A stretch of 64,000 nt of DNA from Girardia tigrina (Eukaryota): the NCBI GenBank assembly GCA_001938485.1, contig MQRK01177746.1:1-64000 (forward strand), written 5' to 3'. The notes beneath the pieces are model-generated. The model was not told the origin of the DNA. It worked only from the letters and a program-made list of their open reading frames with translations, and did no database searches. Positions 23,712 to 35,489 of the stretch are shown one piece after another; positions within the stretch are counted from its first letter, which is position 1, and each line of letters opens with the position of its first letter. The position numbers and the translations under genes are program-made.

Positions 23712-23789
23712 CTTTGTCGAATGCTCATTTTCCCCCTACTAATTGTTCAATTTAGCCGATATATTTGCCTGAATGCTAATGCTCACCAA

Positions 23790-24833
23790 GACGAGAAAAC
23801 GCTACGGAAAATATTGCTGAATAGATGGATATATAAATATGGACTACCTAAATAAATCGATGTGGATAGAGGCAAAACATTTGATTCAGAACTATTTAAA
23901 GAAACACTGAAGAAGTTTAAGGAGTATTTTATTCAGCTATGTATCACCACAATGCCAATGGAATTATTGAACGACAATTTAGAACAATTAAATATGCTCT
24001 TAATATCAGAATAAAGGATAGAACGCATAGAGATTGGACGGAAGTATTGTCAGAAATAGAATTTATGATGAATAGTACCATTTAAGCCACGACAGGTATA
24101 TATATATCACCAGCAGAAATAATATATGGAAGGAAATTAAGACATTGGTGGAAAAATAAAGAAGATAAAAGAAACCAAATAGGAACATAAGAAAAAGCTC
24201 CAGAAACGAGAAGAATTTTTAAAGTTGGAGACCAGGTATTAATAAAGAGAGAAAATGCATCAAAAGAAGACGACCGATATATTGGCCCTGCAATGATAAT
24301 AAGACGGAGACATGAAAGAAGTTACGAATTGCTACTCGACAATGGTAAAATACTAATATGAAATATAGAATGGCTAAAGCCATTTAAATCGAGGGGGATG
24401 TGAGGGATAATTTGGAATGTTGTAAGTTTGTTGTTTGTATGATGTTTAGATTTGTGACTCTCTTACTCAGATGGGATTGATATGTTTATTGATTGATTAT
24501 TTGAATTTAATGATATTAATTTTAAGTACTAATTAATTAAAGTTTTATAATTATGAATTTTAATTATATTTTTAGTAAACGATTTTAACTTATTAAATTT
24601 AATATATTTTAAAAATTAATGTTTATTTAAAAAATTACTAATGCATTTTATCCAATAAAATTATGAAAAATTAAAAGTTAATATTAAAAGAATTTCTCAT
24701 TCATTGTTTTTTTTAGATTTGAATATATAAAAAAACTATATTAATCAAAGAAAGATGCTTACTGAGAATTGTTGTGAAGAATCTGTTTGTGTTGTCAATA
24801 AATGTTTACATTCAAATTGTGATGTTTCTAATA
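23790..24833 (+). mobile_element. Gypsy 3' fragment: integrase C-terminus, PPT and 3' LTR (24399-24833)
   Basis: Homologous to 56160-56770 (WIYKYGLP..DVDRGK..HHNANGIIERQFRTI..SPAEIIYGRKLRHWWK). PPT gaggggga, then tgtgaggga. Confidence 0.85.
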
Positions 24834-25546
24834 ATGGCTATATGCGAATCGACTTTCTCCGCGTCAACAGGCCTCAAAGACGGTCGATGACAAACGCCCG
24901 CCAGTCCGATTCAGTATTTCTAGCTTTTGAATTAAATCAAGCCAAATATATCAACACGGAAAATTCCTCAAATGATTTAATTCAAACAAAAACAGGATAT
25001 TACAATTATACTGATCATATTTTGTGTGATGTTGTCATAAAAACTGAATAAATAAAATAGCAAATTTTGATTCAATCATTCCTAATCAGTAATGTATTCA
25101 AAAACTTTTTAAAAAGAGAAGCGTTTTAATAAATGATGACAACATGCACAACTTTAAAAATCTGACGGCCCCTCTATTCATTACTTCTGGCTACAAGGTA
25201 TTTTATAACTGATCATAACGAAACTTACTGTGCCATTATGATTGTTAAAAATTTAAATAACGTGTTAAAGCTTTGTACAAGCATCATTAATTGTTAATAC
25301 AATTTTATTGACGAAATAATGTGTACTCATATTTGCGTTGGATGTACTTTTTTTATGGGATTCGGATATTAGAATTAAATGTAAAAAGTTGAAGTTAATT
25401 TAAATACCCAACAAACTTAAAAATATAATTATAATCGAAAATATAAATTAAGAAACTTAAAATTTTGAAATATAAAGACAATATTTTTTATTAAAATTTT
25501 ATTAAATGACAAGGAACGTCTAGTGAAATAAGAGTTAACACTAACG

Positions 25547-27108
25547 TTATTCTTCTTCACTCAGGAAACATTTAATAACAATTTCGTTGTTCAAAAATAA
25601 GTCTCGCGAAATATCAATTTTCGAGCACTTTAATTCTTTACCAAAAGTAATCCTACGATTTCTTTCATCCTTTGGTTTATCATGAAGTTTTTCTGTCAAT
25701 CTTGTTGCTCCATATTTATATGTAATGTTTACAATTATCTCTTCGGTGTCTTTGTTTATGATAGAAATATTAATATTATTTGTCATCGGCCAAGAAAGTT
25801 GTTCATCGAATTCTCCTTTCAAAATTGTCAACCCTAACATTACTAAATTTCCAGTCGAATACAAAGAAAGAGACATTTTATATCCTTCTTTGTGAGAATA
25901 AAATGGTTCACTTTCTAATTCAATTCCACGTTTTTTATTAAAACTTATATTTTTACCAATTTTCCATTCAAATACTTCATAGGTCTTTCGGCAAAAGACC
26001 TTTAATTTCTGAATTTTCTTTCTAAATCGGAAGAAAACTTCCTCGTCACTCTTTTGGTTTTTATCGATATCATCTGGTAGTTTCTTTAATTCATTTTCGA
26101 TATGGGTCTGAAAATAAGTTTCAATAAACATTTTATATTCAAAAGACTATAATCAAACTATAATAGATCAATAATGATAAAATTATTTGTATTCATCGAA
26201 GGATTGTTTACGCAATTATTTCGTAATAACTAAAATCTCAGAATATTTTAAACGAAGTAGAAGAACATGTTGATTTTTGGAGCAAGAGTATTAATCATCA
26301 GGTATTAACCAATCACCGTCTCCAAATAATTATCAAATTGTGAACAAAAAATTTTAAAATTACTTAGATTATGTAGATTTAAGTAATTTAAAAGTGATTG
26401 GGTACAGAATCCTTCGATATATAAATTTTAGTTTATCAATATTGATATATTATCCTTTTTCAAATATTTATATGAAAAATATATTTATGTACCTCATTAA
26501 TCAAGCGTCGATTCTCAAATTCAGAAATATATTCTATTAATTTTCCGATTTGATTTTGGAGCAACTGAATCATTTCCTGTTTAATATATAATAATTTAAT
26601 ATATTATTCTTATTAAATATCTTACGTCTCTCTCTTTTATACTTGTCTTTAGGTTAGCTATTTCTTTGCCGAAAAATTCTTTGGTATCATTAATACTTTT
26701 CGTGATGTTTTTTGTTATGAGTAAATGTGAGGAAATTTCATTTAAAGATTCAATTTCGTTTGAATTTATTTTACCTTTAAAAAACTGAGAATAACCATTC
26801 TTTTGAGCCACGCCTATTTCGTTTAGAGAACTGTTTTGTTCTTTGGTAGACGAAAGGGAGAACTGAGGGAATAATTTTGCAATTTCCTTCATTATCACTT
26901 TACTTTTCTTTATGTTTTTCACGGGGTTTAATATAAAATCTTTACAGTCTTCCTTTTGACCGGGACAAGGTTTTTCAGTTCCATTTAAATAATTTGTAAT
27001 GCAAGTTAAACAAAAAATACATCCACAAGGAGAATGATGAGCGTTCATCAAGATATTTTTACAAATGATACATTTGTACTTGTCTTCTACGTCCATAACT
27101 TCATTCAT
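25547..27108 (-). CDS. TRAF-family protein (RING, coiled coil, MATH), about 388 aa; exons 27108-26626, 26576-26493, 26146-25547
   Basis: RING CIICKNIL..PCGCIFCLTC..CP; GT-AG phase-0 introns; MATH domain FEWKI..SEPFYSHKEGYKMSLSLY..ILKGEFDEQLSWP..IVIKC. Reading frame is open throughout. Confidence 0.9.
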
Positions 27109-27987
27109 TATTCCTGCATCAATATTAATTAATTAAATATTTATTAAACAATCTTTTTATTTATAAAAATAGGAAAAAAATATTAACCTTACGAAAATGA
27201 TACAAATTTGATACAATATAATTTTTTTAAAACAAATTTTAATTTAAATATTAATTTTGATTTTCTCTGAATATTTGCAAAAAAAACATTTAATTTTCAA
27301 TATAAAAAATTTTAAAGAAATAATTATTTTTAGTTGTGAAACAAAATTTAATAGAAAAAAATAAAGATTGGCGGTGTTGTCTAAATCGAAGTTAGGATCT
27401 CGGTCGGTCGTCCACTATAGAGACCAAGAAAAGAATGTACATCAAATAGTTGTCGAAAGTCCATAATACAAATAAAAAAATCGTTATTTTATTATATTTA
27501 TATTTTTTTCAAAACTAAATCCGTCTAAATACAAAGCTTTTAAATTTTAATTTCGACCGCAAATGATTAAAAAGTTTAATAGAATTAATAAAAATAAAAT
27601 GTCCGGAATTAATTTTAAAAGCTTATAAATAAAATCGTGCTTTCTGTCTTTTTCAACCAAGATGACTTCTATAAAAACGAATATAAATATTTTTTAACAA
27701 AAAGTGACAACATCTTAAAACAGCAAATCATACTTTATTTTCGAGATATTAATAAAAAAGGTATTTTTTTTAAAATTTTAAACTTTAAATATTTGACATG
27801 AAAGATGTATATTATTTTTACAATTACATCATATATATGAAAAAAATTATTACATCCTATAAAATCAATTTTTTATCTCTCTTTTTTAAAAAAATGAAAA
27901 TGTTATTAAATTATATTAATTCGTATAATTTTTTATTCACCAAAATCCACAACGTGTTTTGGTCCTGAAATAATTATTGTCAGTAAC

Positions 27988-28577
27988 CAGGCGCGTTCGC
28001 ATGAGGGGAATTAGGGGGATAACTCCCTTCGAAAAAAATTGGAATTACGATCTTTATTAGCCATCAGTTTTTAACAGATGAGAATAATTTTAAATTATTA
28101 AGTTTAAAATGAGAACTCTCCGAATTTTTAAGAAATTTTTTTAAAAATTTCAGAAAACCCCTCCCCTTTGAAAAATTTAAATGTAAATCTTAATTACTTC
28201 TAAGTTTTTTAAATGACTATTAATAAGAATAAATTAAAATGTTTGAGTTATAATTTGTGAACCATCCAAAACAATTATTTTTTGAAAATTTTAATTGTGG
28301 TCTTAATTACCCATAAGTTTTTCAGAGCATAGAAATTTTTCTTCCGCAAAACATAAAACATGCTGCACATAACGAAATCATTCTATTTTTAGAAGCCAGT
28401 AATGAACAATGGTCGAGTGATATTAGTTGCATTAGTGGTATTTCGGTGGTACTATAAATTTTATTATTTGAATAATAATTAATTGATTTTTTTAACTTTA
28501 AAAATAAAAACTCGAAAGAGAAAACAAATATTGCGTAAAAGTATATCCCCTGAAATATTTTTCTGTGCACGCGCTTG
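27988..28577. mobile_element. hAT-like MITE
   Basis: TIRs caggcgcgt / acgcgcttg; 8-bp TSD tcagtaac / tcagtgat. Confidence 0.7.
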
Positions 28578-29029
28578 TCAGTGATTCATATATGGTTAAT
28601 CTATAAAACTACAAACTCAAAGTCTTTTGCATCAGAGATTTTCACAATTCTCACTGGTAATAAATAAAAAAATCAGAATTAAGTGGACATTTTTTGTACA
28701 TAGAAAATATTTAATATTACAAAAATATTTTTAAAATAAGTTGTTTTATTGTTTAATTTTTTTACAAATAAAATTTACTGCAATAATAACACAAATTTCT
28801 CAATTAACATTATCTTATCATTCTTTTTGATTAACTTATTTCATAAATGAAATTATTATATTATTAAAATATTATTTTTATTAGACTATGAATCATAATT
28901 TATTTTAAAAAATGTAATATTGGTTTACTTTCTATACATAAAATTTTTGTAACCGAAAGAGGCCAGAAAAAAGCGTCTAATGAAAAAAGAAACCAGGATA
29001 AGAGAATTGATAAAATATACCTAGAAAGG

Positions 29030-29250
29030 ATGGTAGCGAGTAATATTTTTGAATTAAATGTATTTTGTGTATGAAATTGTATATATTCTTTACTCAGATG
29101 GCTAATGATATCCTTTTATTATTTTATTTTTAAACTTTCAAATACGAATAACCTTAAAAAATTAATAATAAATTTTAGTGCATTTATTGAATACTTTTTT
29201 TAAAAGTCGAGTAATAATTTAAAGCTCTAAATTTTAATATTTTTCTTTAT
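29030..29250 (+). mobile_element. Degenerate LTR fragment of the TGTGAG family
   Basis: gagtaatattttt...attctttactcagatgg resembles the LTR starts at 24399 and 44486. Confidence 0.4.
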
Positions 29251-29892
29251 TTTGATATTTGTGCAACATTTCAATGCAAAACAGAACATTTAAAAATATT
29301 CTTAACTCTTATCTTTTTATGCAGACTCTTTTTAGTGATAATAAATCAATGGAGTCCTTTAAGCTTGCCTCTTTGCTTGATGTATTTTTATTGTATCTTT
29401 GTTTATGTTCTTATTTTTCCAGGAATCGAAAATTTACAACATTGAAAAAATCTTTTAAAAATCTCAATATTATAAAATTATTATTTTTAAATTATAAATA
29501 ACTTAAAGATTTGGATCGAGAATTTCTAAAACTAAAATTTCTAAAACGAAACTTACTAAAATCAAAATTTATAAAACTATAATTTTGAAAAGGAGAATTT
29601 TTAAAAACGAAATATTTGAAATAAAATATATTGAAATAATATTTCTAAACCTAAATTTATCTTAGTAAAATCACATAAACGTTCCCTATAAAACACATTA
29701 TTATCTTTTCAGAAAAAAATATGAAAATAAAACTTAAAATTTGGTTAAATTTACAAAATAAAATAAATCAGATAAGCAATTTTTGAATATTGCATTATAA
29801 GTTGTTTTATTTTATATTATATTATTAATATTGCATTATGCAAAAGAAATTTCGTTTTTAATGTATTTAAAATTCATTGATTGTTTCAAATA

Positions 29893-32324
29893 CTTAGGCT
29901 GTCCCAAAAGTCCTCAGGTGGCCTTTAAAAACACACTAATATTCTACCAAATTTAACCACATTTGGACTGAATATTATTCAGACTGTCATAAACACTGTA
30001 TTAAAATTTCAAAGCATAAAATTTGAAACTTACCAAAAAAATAATATTATTAACCAATAAAAAAATAGATGCAGCGAATTTAAAAATTTATTTAAAAAAT
30101 ATTTTAAAAATTTCTTAAGCAACAACATATTCACCATTGTTGTCAATAACCAACTGGCAATAGTTAAAAAGTTTAACTAGTTGATTTTTTAATGTTTCTG
30201 TTGATAAAGAATTAAAAAGGAATTTAAAAGCTTCTTCAATTTCTACATGTGATTTGAAACATGATTTGGTGGTGCGAGAGTGGGCGCAGCTTGGTGGCCG
30301 CGGCGTCCTAGCGCTGGGGGGTGGACTGCGGGACGCAGGGGGCTTAAATTCACAATCTCACCCAACCGGTCAAGAATCCGCCCGATATCGATTTTATTCT
30401 CTACAGTCAATTTTTAGATCTCCGATGAATTTATCTTCAGTCATTATGGCTTTAACATCATGTGGAACGTTTTTTGACAGGTTTTTGTAATTGAAAATAT
30501 ATGGTTGAAATATTTCTTCCCGAAGTTCAAGTGTCATTTTCGCCGGAGTCAGTTTCTCATCTCTAATAAATTGTTTTACGCCAGACACTTCAAATTTAAC
30601 GATCATAGTGATTAAAATGAAAAGACTTTCGATTAACAAATTTATTTTTCTTTCTACACTTTTACAGACAATGGCGACTTCAACTCCTTACAATTTTTAA
30701 CTTTTTCGCGCTGACTTTAAAAAAAACTGATCGATTTAAACAAATCGAAATAATTCACTTTTTTTCAAATAATTATAATAATATTTTTTTCTGTCTTTAC
30801 ATGATTTTGGCAACATTGCCCCCCTCTTTTTTTATTTATTTATATTTTTTAACATGTAAATAAAATAACTTTGGATGAAAAATAGTCATAATAATAAACA
30901 AAAAGTCGATAAATAATCTGTTATTCGGCTTTCGAAATTTTGCTGATTATAGAAATTATTATAATTGGATTTTATTTATCCAACTGATTTAAGGATTTTT
31001 TAAGTCTTCTTTCAAAACAGTTTTACTGGAGCCTTGATGAATCTTCCGCAATACCCAAAAATTGTCATAATGAATCATTTGCAAACTTTTCAACATTGAA
31101 TTGAGAGTTTGTAATTTTCCTGATTACTCTATGTCTCTCACAGAAGTCGCAGAAAGCCCGCAGAAACCAATCCTGGGCAGGCAACCACAGTCCGACTCCA
31201 CGTTTCGATCTTCGTATCACCGCGAATCCGACACCAGAACCCTGATCACTTTCTGATTTTGTTTTTCGTTTTTCACTCACCTCTAATTTCCACTTTCTCA
31301 TACTTTTTACAATCAAATATGATTTTTAAAACTTTTCTTCATTTTTGAAAACAAGAATCTCTCACAGATTAAAATCTGGACTATCGGGCGATTGATAATT
31401 TTTTTCAATTTTTCTTCTTTCAAAAAACGAGTTGTTTCTTTGCTAGAATGAGGTCTTGCATTATCATTCCACCACTTAAGTTCTTTTAGCTTGATGCTGT
31501 TAAATCTAAGTTTTCGCAATATTTCGCCGGTGTCATGAACAAAGTTCACATACGCCTCGGAATCAATCTTGGTACCATATGGCAGTGCTTTTACATTAAA
31601 ACATTTGTGATTTTCTTTCTTTCCTCTACCTTGGAAAAAGACCCATGTCTCATCATTGATCGCTATGTTGGAATATGCTTCATCACCCATCTGTAGCGTA
31701 TATGCTTTGCAGTGTTAATGCGTTGTTGTTTATTAGCAGCAGAAATGTCGTGAGGGACCCAAACAGAGCAACCTTTTTTGTAATGAAGTTTTTCACGCAA
31801 AATTTTGTGGACTGTATTTTTGCCTAAAGAAAGTTCATTTTCAATATAACACAAAGACACATTTAGAGCATCATCAATCACTTCTTTGACTGCTTTAATC
31901 TTTTCATCATCTATTAATGACGGCCTGCCATTTCTTGATGAATCGTCGAAGGATGTCCGCTTTTCTTTTTTAAAATCAGTCAACCATTATTGAATAGTTT
32001 TCAGTGCTGGGTGATTTGCGTCTTCCCATGCCTGCTGAAGAATTTCTGAAGCAGAGAATCCTCTTTTACTTTGAGTTAGAAAAAAAAACGTTGGCAACAT
32101 TTATTTGGTTCCATTGTTAAAAACCGCTTGATTTGAATTCGCTGCATTTTTAAAATTTCAATACTTTAATAAAAAAAAATTTTACTTTTTTTTAATTTTA
32201 TGCTTTGAAATTTTAACACAGTATTTATGACAGTCTGAATAATATTCAGTCCAAATTTGGTTACATTTGGTAAAATATTAGTGTGTTTTTAAAGGCCATC
32301 TGAGGACTTTTGGGACAGCCTAAG
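29893..32324 (-). mobile_element. mariner-like element with long (>130 bp) TIRs, degenerate transposase 32114-30115, interrupted by a solo LTR
   Basis: TA-flanked TIRs cttaggctgtcccaaaagtcctcag...; motifs RNGRP, WVPHDI, INDETWV, NDNARPH, SPDFNL and VIDNNGEY. Confidence 0.92.
30267..31319. mobile_element. Solo LTR (1053 bp) inserted in the mariner
   Basis: 5-bp TSD TGATT. Left end tggtggtgcgagagtgggcgcagc is homologous to the solo LTR at 61881 (tgatggtgcaagagtgggcgcagc). Confidence 0.75.
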
Positions 32325-32439
32325 TATTTAGAAAATTATTAATAAATAGATTCATACTTAAATTTACTTTACTCTATATTTTGATACCACCTATGACATT
32401 ATTGTTGTTAATTTAAGGTGTATTTATTTTATTTTAGAA

Positions 32440-33570
32440 ATGTTAGAAAAGAAGGAAATGAGAACAATTTTATTCTACAATTTTAAACTAGGTCAAAAAG
32501 CGACAGAAACGGCTCAAAATATTAACAATGTATTTGGACAACATACCTGTAGTCATTCTGTTGTTCGGTAAGACAGATTCGGTTAGTTTTCAAAAATCCC
32601 GATAAAACAATCTTGATAAATAATAACGATTAAGTCTGTTTTTAATCTTTATTTCATATATGGCGAAAGTTTTTGCATGCAAATAAATATAAGTGATACG
32701 ACAAAACAAAACACTTTAATGAATAAGATTGACGATTGGAAAATTTGATTTAAATACAAATAAAAATAGTTTTTAGGATTTTTCTGAATCTTGGAAATTG
32801 AGAATTTGATTTAGATGAATGGGAATTTCTGATTATTGAAATATTACCACTTTTAAATTAATTTTTTAAAGAATTTACAGTTTTTTGTTTTTATTTTCAC
32901 ACCAAATCTAAAATTACTTCAATCCACAAAAACAGGACAGGAAACGACACTCACACACAACGAAACACATAAAAAAATGAACACAAACACGACGCAAACA
33001 CAACTACAAGATTTCCAAATTCTCCTGAACAACAAGCAATATAAAACAACGAAATGTGGTGGCACACAACAATACCAATAATTTACGAACCGTACAATGT
33101 TGGTTTTCTAAGTTTTGTTGTTGCAACTACAGCCTTAAAGATGAAGAACACGGTAGTCGACCATCACAAGTTGACGACGACACTTTGAAGAAGTTAATCA
33201 ATGCCGACCCGCATAAAAATTCACGGGTAATCCCTCAAGAACTCAAAGTTCACTATTTAACAATTGTTTGCTATTGAAGAAAATCAGGAAAGTGAAAAAG
33301 CTGGACAAGTGAGTGCCACACGAATTAAACGTGTGTTCTTCTCTGCTTTTGTGTAATCAAAGCGACATGTTTCTGGATCTAATTGTAAAATGCGATGAAA
33401 ATGGATCCTATACGACAACCGGCGATGTTCAGATCAGTGGTTGGATTTCAATGAGGCTCCAAAGCCTTTCCCGAAGCTAAAATTACACCAAAAAAGTCAT
33501 GATAACTGTTTGGTTTTCCGCACATAGTTTAACCCATTACAGCTTCCTAAAACAAGCGAAACAATTTTTT
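32440..33570 (+). mobile_element. mariner transposase remnant
   Basis: MRTILFYNFKLGQKATETAQNINNVFG | RTVQCWF..DEEHGSRP..VPHEL..CDE.WILYDN..FPKLKLHQKK. Confidence 0.85.
32548..33071. mobile_element. Solo LTR (524 bp) inserted in the mariner
   Basis: TGTAG...CAACA termini with perfect 5-bp TSD ATACC; removing it rejoins the mariner coding sequence. Confidence 0.85.
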
Positions 33571-35489
33571 GCGATCGAAAATCAATTATAATACACTGAC
33601 ATGCAATTTACAAAACATAACATTCAGCAAAGACGAAAAAGAAAAAAGACGTTTAACAATATAATACATATATTTGAAATTTGAAAAACGGTGTTTTGAA
33701 CATCCCGACAAACATGATCAGTGTCATCTGATGCACGTCTGACTTTTTTGTAATTTCCTCAAGGAGCATTTGGAGCACCACATAAAAGCTGAAACATTAC
33801 ATGAATGAAAATATACAAAGTTATATCACCACTCACCCGATGAAAGAAACTGGACATCCGACCCTCTCCCGATAGTACTTCACCAAAAGCATCAGTGACG
33901 ATAACCCGTCAGAAGGTTGTATTGACCTGAGGAAAGTTATAAAGCCTGAAGAAGTTAAAGTTAATTAGTAATAAGTCCAAAAACAACAAAGCCCCTTACC
34001 GAACTTCACAGTAAGCGTAGACGGTAGTCCGACCCTCTCCTGAAAGATCTCCGCAATTAAAATCAAGGAGCAAAATCCGCAAATGAATTGCACCTTCTCA
34101 AGCAAAGATATACACCTAGCAAAATTGAAAGAATTAATTAAAATATAAAAAATTAATTAAGAACTTACGTGATTCATCCCAACAAAGCAAATATAACATC
34201 ACGCGATGATTAATCCAGAATCAGTGTTGAAAATGAGCATCATGACAAAGCAGTCACTATCTATATTTAGACATACTACATGGCAACAGGCAATCCTAGC
34301 AAGTTAAAATCAAAAATCATCAGTGACGGCCAATCAGAAGCGGCCACGATGCAGTTATACACACAATTATTAAAAATTGTTGTTATAAATATAACAGTTT
34401 TTTCGAGACAGAGTTAGAACAAAAATAAATATTTTGAGAGCAAGAACAATTTTTGAGAGAACCATTTGAAAATTTTGAGAACATTTTAAGAAAACTAACT
34501 GAGAACCTTTTAAGAAGACTAACCGAGATCCCGAAGAAGTATCACAAGAGTTAAATGGGTACAACAAGACAGTGAACCAGAACTGTCCTCCGTAACCAAA
34601 GAATTAGAATGTAATTAGAGAAGTTTAATGTTCAATTTTATGAGTTTAATGCATGTATAATTATATAACTTTGTTTTTTTTATATATTTAACAAATTAAG
34701 CAACTTTAATTTTCTCGTCGAGTGTTTAGAAAACTTTAGAGTGGTCGTCGTCGTAGCCGTTACCTCCACCCATAAATGAAAAACACCAAGCAGAGAATTA
34801 AAATGACTATTATGTCGTCGCAGGATAGGATACGAAAAGTTGTCGGAATGAGGTTGCTCGGATCCCGCATTGAGAGCGCACATGTCGTGCCTCTGACAAA
34901 TTGGTCTGAGACCTCACCGGTTATTCATGGAATAATCGTCGGTCATTAATCTGAAAACGATTCGCCTAAATGGTGTCCGTGATGATTGTACCAACTTTTG
35001 AGATTGCTTTATAAATAATGATATAAATGATGATTGTTGAGAGTATACCGATATGATAGAATTTCATATGCTTATAAATTTCAGGATTAAATTTCTGTTG
35101 ATATATGAGAGATAGCTAGTAAATTACGAGTAATAGAATAACGAGTCCATAAAGATTAAATACAATGATGATTTCGTAAATAAAATGTTTGATAGATTTA
35201 TTTAGAAAAAAACACGAAAGGGGCAAACAGATAGCAGTATGCCGACAAACAATGCATGAGTGACACATCAACAGAGAATACATATAACAAACCCGACAAT
35301 GATTAGATAAGTATCGACAGTAATATACATAACATGAAATCAAAATTCGGTTTCAAAATTAAATATGATATCAAATGATTTTCCCGAAAAATTATCGGAT
35401 TTCATAAGTGTTTGTTTTCAAAAAAATTGACTGTTCTTTCATAATATTAACTAGTTGAGAATGGTTTTGATTTTTTTTGAGATATTAAC

